64,000 nucleotides of DNA from Piedraia hortae CBS 480.64 (lineage: Eukaryota), in NCBI GenBank assembly GCA_010093745.1, contig MU005961.1, positions 248,001-312,000 of the forward strand. The letters run 5' to 3'. The number at the start of each line of letters is the position of its first letter. Within the stretch, counting starts at the first letter, position 1. The notes beneath the pieces are model-generated. The model did no database searches, was not told the origin of the DNA, and was given only the letters and a program-made list of their open reading frames with translations. Shown here in pieces: positions 30,534-39,840 of the stretch. Position numbers and translations under genes: made by a program.

Positions 30534-32651
30534 ATGTGGCTCCTGTCGTGCAGCGGCGAGCTGCTGGGGAACAAGCGACTCTGGCTCCGACCGGGGACGA
30601 CTCACCTGTTAGGACGAACTTCCGGGCGGCCGGAACATGGCGGGCGGGTGCAGTTTATCGAGCACAAGTCGGTTTCACGGAAGCATTTGCTGATTGCCGT
30701 TGCACCCTCGACGGTTCACGATGCGTCGTCGCCGCGCACAGAGGTGACTCTTACGGATGGATCAAAAGTCGGCACGACAGTGGACGGCGAGAAGCTGCTG
30801 AACTCAAGCCGGACGGTGGGCCAAAAAGACAAATACGAGCTCCGGTTGGGATACTATGAAGACTCTTTTACCCTGGAATGGAAGGAAATCGTGTTTACCT
30901 GCCAGGGATTGAAGAAGAAGAGCGGAAAGCCGATGCAGACGCTGGATGGACTGCGGAATGCGTTGGTTAAAGACGCCGGCCTGGACGCAGCTGTAGTGAC
31001 GGAATTCGTGACCAACAAGACCACTCATGTCGTGGGGAACAAACGAAACACAGCTATTGCGCTTACGGGCCTAGTCCAGGGCTGCTGGATCGTCGGTCAC
31101 GGCTTTTTTACCGCCCTAATTGATGTAGCCAAGCGGGCCAATGCCGACGAGCCGAGTGCGTTGGAGAACGACTTTGACGCCAATTGGCCTGGTGAAAGCC
31201 ACTTCATCATCCCTGCCGGCGACCGCGAGCCGAATCCCAGGCCAGATGAATACATGAAGCCGAAGCCTGAGCGGGCACACGTCTTTGATACCTTTGTCTT
31301 TGTCTTTCTTTCGCAAGAACAGTACAATCTCCTTCTTCCCGTCGTTACCGGGGGTGGCGGCAAGGCTTTGGTGTATGACGTTGCCTCGACTGATGGGAAA
31401 GTCGATGATGTCGTCGCCTTTGTGCAGAAACACCGGCCCATCAAGGGCGGGATTGTTGTAGTGCAGCGAAACGACGACGACGAGGAAAACGTGCGAATGG
31501 AGCAGACGCTCGGCCACAAGGGCCTTCAACAGAACCAGTTTCTCGATATCATCCTCACCCTTGACACAACCCAGCTTAGAAACTGTCCTGCTAAGCAAAC
31601 CGAGGCTGCAAAACCCACGCCCCGAAAACTACCCGGCCGTGTGAAACGCAACTTTGGCGATTTTGACCCAATGCAATTCCAGCAACCCGCGCGGGAACAG
31701 AGCTCAACACCCGAGCCTGAGCCGGAGCCAGAACCACCAGTCTCCGCCACAAACCCACTGAAACGCCTCCTCCCAACAACAAACTACGACGTCCTCCTAC
31801 CTGGCCAGACAAATCTCAAAAAACGCAAGCTCCAAACCCAGCCATCCCCTCCCCCCCAAATCCAAAAAACCCCAGCCGTAAAACCATCCACCCCAAAACC
31901 CTTTAATCCAAAACCCCCTCCGAAGCCGTCTATAGAAGACCCCCCTTCCCCCCACCCCCTCACCAACGAAGAACTCTCCTCCCTAAGAGACTTGATCCAA
32001 ATCGAAGAATTTTCCCTACCCGTGCGACAGCATAGGGTGAGAGAGGCGGATCCAAGGTGGGAGGGCAGAAAGGATTTTAAGGGGTTCCAGCGCAGAGGGC
32101 AAAAACGAAGGGGGGGTAGGAGGGTTATCGTTACCTTGGAAGAGGATTCTAATGATAAAGATGGGGAGGAGGAGGAGGAGGATGAGGATGAGGATGAGGA
32201 TGAGGATGATTCGTTCTTGAGGGGGACGGGGACAGGAAGTGGTTCGATGGGGGGGCCGGGGGGGAGTGCTGCTCAGCAGAGTTTTGGTCAAAGGAGTGCT
32301 GCTCAGCAAATTTCGGCTCAGAGGAGTGCAGCCCAGCGGAGCAGTGCCCAACAAAGTACTGCTCATCTTGGGACGGCTCAGCAAAGTACCGATCCACGCA
32401 CCCCTGCTCAGCGTCACAGTGCTCTGCAGAGTACGGCTCTGCGGGGAACCGACAGCACGACTCGGCGGAGTACAGCACACCGCAGTACTGTCGACAACTT
32501 GGACGACTTGAGTGAAGTTAGCTTTACTCGTCCGGTGCGGGAGGATGTGAACTCTGCACGGAAGCGGCCTCACTTTGCGGTTAGTTTGAATGAAGAGGAA
32601 GAGGAAGAAGAGGACGATGGGCTGGCGTTTAAGAGGAGGAGGAGGCGGTAG
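30534..32651 (+). CDS. NBS1: Nibrin/Nbs1 (MRN complex): FHA + tandem BRCT, Mre11- and Tel1-binding motifs
   Basis: Starts MWLL; FHA (LGR..SVSRKH..SKVGT), TTHVV BRCT, RKDFKGF matching the Mre11-binding KxFKxF motif, acidic C-terminus EEEDDGLAFKRRR. Confidence 0.88.
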   Translation: MWLLSCSGELLGNKRLWLRPGTTHLLGRTSGRPEHGGRVQFIEHKSVSRKHLLIAVAPSTVHDASSPRTEVTLTDGSKVGTTVDGEKLLNSSRTVGQKDKYELRLGYYEDSFTLEWKEIVFTCQGLKKKSGKPMQTLDGLRNALVKDAGLDAAVVTEFVTNKTTHVVGNKRNTAIALTGLVQGCWIVGHGFFTALIDVAKRANADEPSALENDFDANWPGESHFIIPAGDREPNPRPDEYMKPKPERAHVFDTFVFVFLSQEQYNLLLPVVTGGGGKALVYDVASTDGKVDDVVAFVQKHRPIKGGIVVVQRNDDDEENVRMEQTLGHKGLQQNQFLDIILTLDTTQLRNCPAKQTEAAKPTPRKLPGRVKRNFGDFDPMQFQQPAREQSSTPEPEPEPEPPVSATNPLKRLLPTTNYDVLLPGQTNLKKRKLQTQPSPPPQIQKTPAVKPSTPKPFNPKPPPKPSIEDPPSPHPLTNEELSSLRDLIQIEEFSLPVRQHRVREADPRWEGRKDFKGFQRRGQKRRGGRRVIVTLEEDSNDKDGEEEEEDEDEDEDEDDSFLRGTGTGSGSMGGPGGSAAQQSFGQRSAAQQISAQRSAAQRSSAQQSTAHLGTAQQSTDPRTPAQRHSALQSTALRGTDSTTRRSTAHRSTVDNLDDLSEVSFTRPVREDVNSARKRPHFAVSLNEEEEEEEDDGLAFKRRRRR
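32265..32489 (+). repeat. Degenerate 15-bp coding tandem repeat (S-A/T-A-Q-Q/R pentapeptide, about 12 units) in NBS1
   Basis: SAAQQ SFGQR SAAQQ ISAQR SAAQR SSAQQ STAHL GTAQQ STDPR TPAQR HSALQ STALR. Confidence 0.8.
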
Positions 32652-32865
32652 GGTAATGTATACGTGTACCATAAAACTTTCTTTTCGCTGTATAAAGGAC
32701 TTTCATAGGAAACGTCTGTTCTTCGTCATCTTTCCGAACGTCAATGCATTTATCATCCCATCATGAGAAAAAAACTCCCTCCATTCCAAACCCCAAATGC
32801 CTCATCAAAACCACTCTAACTCCCTAACGATATCCCACCCCTAACCCCAACCCCCAACACTTCAA

Positions 32866-35800
32866 TCACTCATCCCCCAACTCCTTGGGAATCGTCCCCT
32901 GAAACTTCAACCACGGCGTGGGCGCTTGCAGAATATACGCCATCATGCTCATCCTAAACCTATTCCTATAATCTCTCGGCGAGGTGATCGTCGGCTTATT
33001 CTTCCCTCTGTCCTTGATCCACGACTCGAGCTTCTTATCCCACGTATAAGTCCTTATACAATCAATAATCCCAATGATGAGCTCCTTCCGCGTATCATCG
33101 AACCCCGCCATGAGGGAGTAATCCATTACATTTTGTCGTGACAAAAACATCGTATCGTTCCATACCGACGCTTGGACGAGCCGTCTAGCGTGTTCGCGGA
33201 CGAAAAGTGGGGACTCGAAGATTGTTTCTACGAGGTTCTCGTCGAGGAGGACCTCGTCGGGTTGGCCGGTACTTTCGATTTTGCGGTTGCGCATGCTGCC
33301 TTTGAGGTCGAATCGACGGGTTGGGCTGCGTTCGTAGAAGAGGTTCTCCATTACGAGGAGGTAGGAGCTAAAGTCCATGCCCGTGGAGGGGTTTTTGATG
33401 GTTACTTGGAAGAGGCCGAACATTTTCGCCATGACGGACGGGACGCCGTGGAATAATGTGTGGGACATGAAGGAGAAGTAGTCTGGTGCGAATTTCGTGA
33501 AGGCTTTTAGTTCGACTTCTTGCAGGGATTTGATTATGAATCTGTTGTCGAGGGTTTTGAGGAAGAGCGATTTGGTCTTGCCTCCTTTAGAATCGAATTT
33601 GAGGCTGCGGGACATGGAATCGACAAAGCGGCTGGAGACGCCGCAGCGGCGACGCAGGGCGTCGAAGGACTCCGCGTAGAAGATTTTGCAGCTTGCTTTG
33701 ACTTGCCCGTGTGCGAAGGAGTATTTCATGTGGGTGCCTGTGTCGCTTAGTAAAGAGGCTTCGATGGCTTTTTGCTCCTCGTCGGGGTCATCGTCTACAG
33801 TCTGGGCCGTTTTGGCTGACATGCTGCGGAAGTCTTGGACTTTTTGCTGGTAGTCGGAGCATGCTAGTGACAGTGCAATGACTGAACTGGGCTCGTCTTC
33901 TCGAACGATGATGTCAGAGTCTTCGAATACGTGCTCAGTTGCATGCAGAGGATAGTCCAGATTAGCCCAGCCAGATGCTGATCGATTGGACCAAAAGTCT
34001 GCGAGATTTTTAAACCACACATTCTTTTTTTGCTCGCTAATCGACAGTTCGGGTGGAAGCTCCATCTCAACCAGCGATGTGGGCGAGATCATCGTCGTAG
34101 ACGATATAACGGAGGTCTGGTCGGAAACATTATTTGACCGAGCATCATCCCCATCCACTGCATTTTCCTTGTTCTCACCCTCGGTGTCATTGTGTCGACG
34201 GGGAGTCTGGGCTTTGGGCTCTGCCTTGGACTCTTCCGGTCGAGACACTGGGGCCTGAGCATTCCTTTCCTGACCCTCCTCTGCAGCCGCTTCCCCAACA
34301 GCTTCAGTAGCATCGTGGTAGACCTCGACCACCGGTCTGCTGCTTGCCAATGGGTTGGCTCTAGCCTGACGACTGCGTAGCGCGCGCTGCCGTCGCTCCT
34401 TTAGTCGCTCCTTTTCAAACTCTCGTGACATTTCCTCAAAGTGTTTTGCCAACGCCGAGACGCTATGGTTGGACGTGTCCTCGCTCTTGAATGGAACGGA
34501 GCGCGGAATAAACGACTGTCCGACCTTGCCAACCTTATTGGCAAGTCGTCCGACGCCTAATCGCTCCCCAATCCTCTTGTCAACAACGGCTTTTGGTCTG
34601 TCGTCAGATCCAGCCTCTGGCCCCGTGTCATGAAGATCAGTACTTTTCCTGCTGACGTGGCCCGGCTGTGACTGAGCCCTATTGAGCGATGGGGGCTTCA
34701 CGCCATTGAGTTCCCAGTTCGGTCGAGGGATCCTTGAAGCTGGTTGTTCAGGGCCATCTGTAGAAGTGTTTGACCGGTTGTTGCGGATCTGCTCGATGCG
34801 CTCTAGTAAGCCAGTACTGAGTGGCTTAGGCTGAGTAGCGAACGGTTCCCCGTCCTTGGTCCCATTATCCACAGATTTCTTGCCGTCAACAGGGCTCTGC
34901 AATGCCTCGATTGGGAACTCATCCGTCACCTTGGGCGACACGGCAAGGTCTAAGTGTTTAACCTCTTCCCGCTCGACAACCTGGAGTTCCTCCTGAGGCG
35001 TCAATATCCGATTCAAAGGACCAGCCAGACTATCCTTCTCCGCATCAAGATCAGAGGTGGTATCCTGAGACGAACGATGCTCTTCAATAGCCGAAGACAT
35101 TGCATCGAGCGCATTTTCTGGATCTGAACCCTCACTCTTGATCGACAACTCCTTCAACTCAGTCTCTTCCGCTTCGCTGGACTCTTTAGATGACGGCTGC
35201 GATTCCAAAAACATGTTTCGCAACTGCAACGTGGCCAGCTTCCTGATATCTGTCTCGGACGGGAGGTAGTCTCTGTCAAAGTTGCTGAATTCCTCGTCCC
35301 AGACAATGGCCTTTTCGTCCATGAGACGGAGAGCACGGTTCAGCGGAATCAGCTCATAGTACCTCGACGTCGCATATTTCTCCTGCAACTTGGCAAGAAG
35401 CACGCCGTATTCCTCATCTGCCCTTTGCCGCAGGGTTTCCAGCTTTTCATTCGCCTCCGCGACCTTTTTCTCGTCAAGAGTATCCACATTGATCGAGTTC
35501 AACCGTTTCTTAACCGACTCAGAGAAAGCCTTTAGTCTCGAAAAGAAGAGCACATACTGCTCGTTCTTGACTGCAAGATCAGACTCGACCTTCCACGTCA
35601 CTGTAGACCTAGGCACCACGAGGTCGTAAATGTCAATGGGGTCATATCGCAACGTGGCCCTCACGTTTTGAAAGCCAAAGAACCTCAAAAAGTCCTTGTG
35701 AAGGTCATGTTCACATAGACCTGCTCGGGGATGCAAAGGCCTGCTCCAGAAGCTGAGTTCGAGATACTTGGCAAAGGAATACTTCCATGTCTTGTCCAAC

Positions 35801-38800
35801 ATGGGCACCACCGACGTCTCGACCCGGCATATGCGGCAAGCCGACCACATAAGGATCTTGTCGCTCATGCCGCCAAGCTTAGGCGGCAGATGCTGCACTG
35901 ACACTGAGAGTTGGCCGTTGCCATGGACGTACTGCCGATGGTGGTCTACCATGTTCTTGCCACATTCTTTACATGCACTTCCGGCACTGAGGCAGATGTC
36001 TTCAATGTACTGACCCAGCGTGCAGTCTTCTTCGTACTCGGACTCTGCCCGGCTGTAGCCGACATAAAAATCAATGGTCAGAACTTCTGGTCCCTCGCAC
36101 GGCGCAGAGGTTACATTGGAAACGACAGAGTGCAGCACGGAAATACTCTGGTGCGAGAACGGGTCGAATGGGTTTGTGCCCGTGTTCATAAACGACTCCC
36201 ATAGACGCTTCTGAGTGGCATATGTATGGGCAGTCTTGTCATACTGGGCCTGATACACAGCACGCAAGTAATCTCTCACCGCCTTCGGCTGGTCTTTGGA
36301 TGCTGGTGCATTTACCCACTCCGGCTTGACCAGAACAAAATCATCGGTTCCGTTCTCGTCCCCTCCCTCTTCATCGGCAGCGGCGTACTGATCACGCAGC
36401 TTTTTGAATGTTGCAAGCTTCACCTCCGACTCCCGCAGCTGCGTCAGGATATACGGCTGCATAAAGGCAATGAACGGCGAGGCGGAGAGGATTCGTGAGC
36501 GAGACTCCTCTTCCAACCGCTCGTAGATGGACGGTGTCTCCTTGTCCAACTGAGCCCTAACCAGATGTGGAACAAGGTCCCTGTGCGTCGAGTTGCAATG
36601 GCGGTTCAAGTCATGGGACTGGAGCTGATCTTCTGTGAATGAAGGCGTCGAAGCAAACTCATCCCGCATCAGAGTCGTCTCCAGCTTGAGATTGTAGGCC
36701 ACAAAACACATGAACTCGGTGATGCGTTTAATCTTCCGCAACGTCTTGGTGTCTGCTCCACGGAGGACTATGGTGCAGCCCAGATTTGGAGGGCAACCAG
36801 AGAGATAGGTATATGTTTTACGCACTCCTTCAGTCACAAACGTCTTTACCCCAAACCTCTCGCACGAGCCCAGGAGCGAGGGATGGATGGCCAACTTATC
36901 GACCGACTTAATCAAGCTGGTCTGGGTGAGTCGGGCCACAGCAGCCAAAACCGATGCTTTGATATTGAACGCCACGGTGATGCCAGCCTTCTCAAGCAGT
37001 CTCAAGGCCAGGCCGGATACGTTGCGTTGCACGAACAGCAGGGTTGGTTTGAGTGCAGCTATCCTGCCAACCAGATTGTGCAAGTATTCGCGTTCCTGAG
37101 CAATGACTGGATCGAGGCTCATGAAGTGCGGCTGATGGCGGGCATACTCGATAGAAAAGGTGACAATGGCAATGCGAGGGTTGCGGATAGACCTAGCCAT
37201 GCTCTTCAAGGCAACGTTCTTGCCAAACACCACGCCTGAAACGTAGCTGGTGTCGCCTGGACTGCCGCCTGGCATTTTCTTGAGCTTGATATAGTGCCGG
37301 ATATCCATGTCGTCCCCTTGCTGCACATCAGGGTCGACTCCATCAGCACATTGAAGCACAATCGGCAGGAGGGCCTTCTCCCATGTCGAAGCCGCCTCAA
37401 TTTTGTGGTCGTGGAGCAACTGAGCCAGCAGCCGTCGGACATGGTGCAGACTGGCTTCGTTCAATTCCCCCGGTGGGGTTGCTGACCCATGCAAAGATGC
37501 ACTGCTGATGATATCGGGTACGTGTTTGCTGGAAGGAGTGCTGGTGGTGGGTGAATCTGGGTGATCAGAATCCACCGAAATCAGCAAATGACCCTTCGCT
37601 CGACGTGGAGATAGCCGCTTCACGCTAATGTTCCCGATGCTCACCCTACGCTTGCGCGAGATTCTGGAGGCTTGTTTACTGAAAAGCTCCTCGTCCTTTG
37701 CGCTGCCAATACTGGATGACAAAAAGCCCCTTTCTCCTGGCCTAGGCCGGCTCTTCCTTGATGCCATGGGCAATGGAAGACGGTCCCGCTCACCTAGAGA
37801 AGCGCTTTGTTCCATCGCCAAATTAGTAGTTTGGGCATCGTCGTCCTCAATAGCCTCATGGTAAAGGAAGGGAGCCAAGTCTGGATCGATGATGTTGTCG
37901 TTGTGGAACACAGGTAGCGTCCTCTTCTTCTCGGGATCCCCCACAAGTTCTTGATGAAACGGTGCCCTTTCGTCAACACTGGACTTAAAGGGCCTGCTCA
38001 TTCTTGAAAGACGGCGGTGACTTGATGAGCGAGGCCGGAGGCTCATCGACACCAAAGAGTGTGACGAACTGGGACGCGCAAGGGCTGGCTGAGTGTCGAA
38101 TTCGATAATGGCAGACCGACGCTTGGACTCCCGGTTACGGCGCGAGGCCGGTATACCGATCGAAGGCGTAGCTATCTCGTTGTTCTCCGCACGGCTGATG
38201 GAATTGCCAAGTAAGCTCCCGGATTCACGAATGTCATGCAGCTGATGTCCCGTAACTCGGGAGGGATGCTCATCACCATCATCTGAGACAATAGTCGAGT
38301 CATCATCAGAGCCGTAAATCAGGGCCTCGCATGGCTTGCATAGGCGCAGCGTTCCCGACTGCCCAAAGGGGCGGCCAGGCACCAATATCGTGCACTTGGC
38401 GTCGAATATCTGACCACACGCCCTGCAGTGATGTTTCCGTCTAAAGGTCGAGAAGCTGTCGCCACAGTTGAAACAATCCTTTGCGTTTTCATCCTTCATC
38501 CAAAACTCCTTGCTGACAACCCTACGCCTGACATGGGATGGCACGTATGCAGCACCTGGACTCTCTTGCGGTGGCGGCTTCAGACCCCTTCTACTTCTCT
38601 CTAGGTGGCTTTGGAGGCTCTGGGAAGCTTCTGGACGTTGATCTTGCGTTGTAGCAGCCACCTTGTTCGGAAGTGCTTTGGCGACTTCTGTGGTTGAGGA
38701 AGCCCGCGAAGGTTCTAAGCCAGGAAGTTGCAAGACATCAGCACATTCAGGTGGCAGCTGGTCGACGATATCTTCCAAACTGGCATCAAGCTTCAGTGCA

Positions 38801-39627
38801 GGGTCCAACGATGGTTGGCTGGTAAAGCTCGTGGTGGAATGCGAACCAAGGATTACATCGCACAGACTACCAGAATCGGAGGGTGACACCGAGGCTGAGA
38901 TGCTCAAGCGCGCGCCTTTGGATGGTCTGGTCTGAGTAAGCTCTTCGTGGTGCGTAAGTACTCGAGAAAGCGCCTGCGTTGCCGTCTCGGCTCGTCCGCT
39001 ATCCGGGGATAAAGGCTTGGAATTCTGCACTTCTATCGAGCTAGAAACACTTGATTGCTGCAGATGTCCATCTTCACTCCCGGCCATAGGCTCAGTAATG
39101 CTGGGATATTTGAACTGGTCAACGGCAGCTGGGAGGTCACTGATAGACGGCTGCTTCCCGTCTACGGCAGAAAAGGTGCTGCAAGTGCTGGCCAAAAGGG
39201 GAGAGGAAACGAGGCTTGTATCTGTAACAGACTTGGTGTCGAGTACTAGTTTCTTGGGCGCCAGTGACAATCCGGAGCGCGAGCTTTCAACTGACTCGGT
39301 CCCCGCAGGATTTGACGACTTTCTCAAAGAGTCTCTTGTCGAACTACTGCCTACACTTTGCTTGAGCTGTTGATATAATCCACTCACACCACCGACTATC
39401 TCTTTGGAGCCCCGTCTCCCGCCACTGCCATCAAAGTCATGGAATGATGTCAAGGTATCAGACCGGGAGGCGGAGCTATGTATTTCATCTAGCGCCAGAG
39501 CCAGAGCATCTTTGTTGAGCTCTTTGCGCGACGCAATGGAAGCCAGAGAGTCCCTCCGAGGTCTGGAGCCCAAAAATGGTAGGAATGTTGAAGACACTGA
39601 AGGCGAGAGCTGGTGCCGAGACGCCAT
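32866..39627 (-). CDS. FAB1: PI3P 5-kinase Fab1/PIKfyve
   Basis: FYVE (FWMKDENAKDCFNC..RRKHHCRACG), CCT/Cpn60-like domain, Cys-rich region, PIPK domain (GGKTKS, MENLFY, DLKGS, MDYSL, GIIDCIRTYTWDKKLE); one 6.8 kb ORF. Confidence 0.97.
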   Translation of the reverse strand: MASRHQLSPSVSSTFLPFLGSRPRRDSLASIASRKELNKDALALALDEIHSSASRSDTLTSFHDFDGSGGRRGSKEIVGGVSGLYQQLKQSVGSSSTRDSLRKSSNPAGTESVESSRSGLSLAPKKLVLDTKSVTDTSLVSSPLLASTCSTFSAVDGKQPSISDLPAAVDQFKYPSITEPMAGSEDGHLQQSSVSSSIEVQNSKPLSPDSGRAETATQALSRVLTHHEELTQTRPSKGARLSISASVSPSDSGSLCDVILGSHSTTSFTSQPSLDPALKLDASLEDIVDQLPPECADVLQLPGLEPSRASSTTEVAKALPNKVAATTQDQRPEASQSLQSHLERSRRGLKPPPQESPGAAYVPSHVRRRVVSKEFWMKDENAKDCFNCGDSFSTFRRKHHCRACGQIFDAKCTILVPGRPFGQSGTLRLCKPCEALIYGSDDDSTIVSDDGDEHPSRVTGHQLHDIRESGSLLGNSISRAENNEIATPSIGIPASRRNRESKRRSAIIEFDTQPALARPSSSHSLVSMSLRPRSSSHRRLSRMSRPFKSSVDERAPFHQELVGDPEKKRTLPVFHNDNIIDPDLAPFLYHEAIEDDDAQTTNLAMEQSASLGERDRLPLPMASRKSRPRPGERGFLSSSIGSAKDEELFSKQASRISRKRRVSIGNISVKRLSPRRAKGHLLISVDSDHPDSPTTSTPSSKHVPDIISSASLHGSATPPGELNEASLHHVRRLLAQLLHDHKIEAASTWEKALLPIVLQCADGVDPDVQQGDDMDIRHYIKLKKMPGGSPGDTSYVSGVVFGKNVALKSMARSIRNPRIAIVTFSIEYARHQPHFMSLDPVIAQEREYLHNLVGRIAALKPTLLFVQRNVSGLALRLLEKAGITVAFNIKASVLAAVARLTQTSLIKSVDKLAIHPSLLGSCERFGVKTFVTEGVRKTYTYLSGCPPNLGCTIVLRGADTKTLRKIKRITEFMCFVAYNLKLETTLMRDEFASTPSFTEDQLQSHDLNRHCNSTHRDLVPHLVRAQLDKETPSIYERLEEESRSRILSASPFIAFMQPYILTQLRESEVKLATFKKLRDQYAAADEEGGDENGTDDFVLVKPEWVNAPASKDQPKAVRDYLRAVYQAQYDKTAHTYATQKRLWESFMNTGTNPFDPFSHQSISVLHSVVSNVTSAPCEGPEVLTIDFYVGYSRAESEYEEDCTLGQYIEDICLSAGSACKECGKNMVDHHRQYVHGNGQLSVSVQHLPPKLGGMSDKILMWSACRICRVETSVVPMLDKTWKYSFAKYLELSFWSRPLHPRAGLCEHDLHKDFLRFFGFQNVRATLRYDPIDIYDLVVPRSTVTWKVESDLAVKNEQYVLFFSRLKAFSESVKKRLNSINVDTLDEKKVAEANEKLETLRQRADEEYGVLLAKLQEKYATSRYYELIPLNRALRLMDEKAIVWDEEFSNFDRDYLPSETDIRKLATLQLRNMFLESQPSSKESSEAEETELKELSIKSEGSDPENALDAMSSAIEEHRSSQDTTSDLDAEKDSLAGPLNRILTPQEELQVVEREEVKHLDLAVSPKVTDEFPIEALQSPVDGKKSVDNGTKDGEPFATQPKPLSTGLLERIEQIRNNRSNTSTDGPEQPASRIPRPNWELNGVKPPSLNRAQSQPGHVSRKSTDLHDTGPEAGSDDRPKAVVDKRIGERLGVGRLANKVGKVGQSFIPRSVPFKSEDTSNHSVSALAKHFEEMSREFEKERLKERRQRALRSRQARANPLASSRPVVEVYHDATEAVGEAAAEEGQERNAQAPVSRPEESKAEPKAQTPRRHNDTEGENKENAVDGDDARSNNVSDQTSVISSTTMISPTSLVEMELPPELSISEQKKNVWFKNLADFWSNRSASGWANLDYPLHATEHVFEDSDIIVREDEPSSVIALSLACSDYQQKVQDFRSMSAKTAQTVDDDPDEEQKAIEASLLSDTGTHMKYSFAHGQVKASCKIFYAESFDALRRRCGVSSRFVDSMSRSLKFDSKGGKTKSLFLKTLDNRFIIKSLQEVELKAFTKFAPDYFSFMSHTLFHGVPSVMAKMFGLFQVTIKNPSTGMDFSSYLLVMENLFYERSPTRRFDLKGSMRNRKIESTGQPDEVLLDENLVETIFESPLFVREHARRLVQASVWNDTMFLSRQNVMDYSLMAGFDDTRKELIIGIIDCIRTYTWDKKLESWIKDRGKNKPTITSPRDYRNRFRMSMMAYILQAPTPWLKFQGTIPKELGDE

Positions 39628-39840
39628 TGTTGGAAAATCCAATCCTCATTTCCTCACCATCGACCAGGCGAGTTTGCGCTGCAATGCGCTCCACTGGCAA
39701 CCAGTTGATAGGAGGACGCGGTGTTGGCCGGAAGGATTCCGCACGCACGCACGCGATCCAGAGTGGGGAGCGCTAACGGCAGTTTGAACAGCACCTGCCC
39801 AACCCTTGACGGGCTACACAAGCGCCCTATCGCGATAGAA

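Noticed and set aside
32821..32860. CCCTAA-like hexamers near the FAB1 stop as interstitial telomere
   Set aside because: Only two dispersed exact units within a generally C/A-rich block; explained by local skew.
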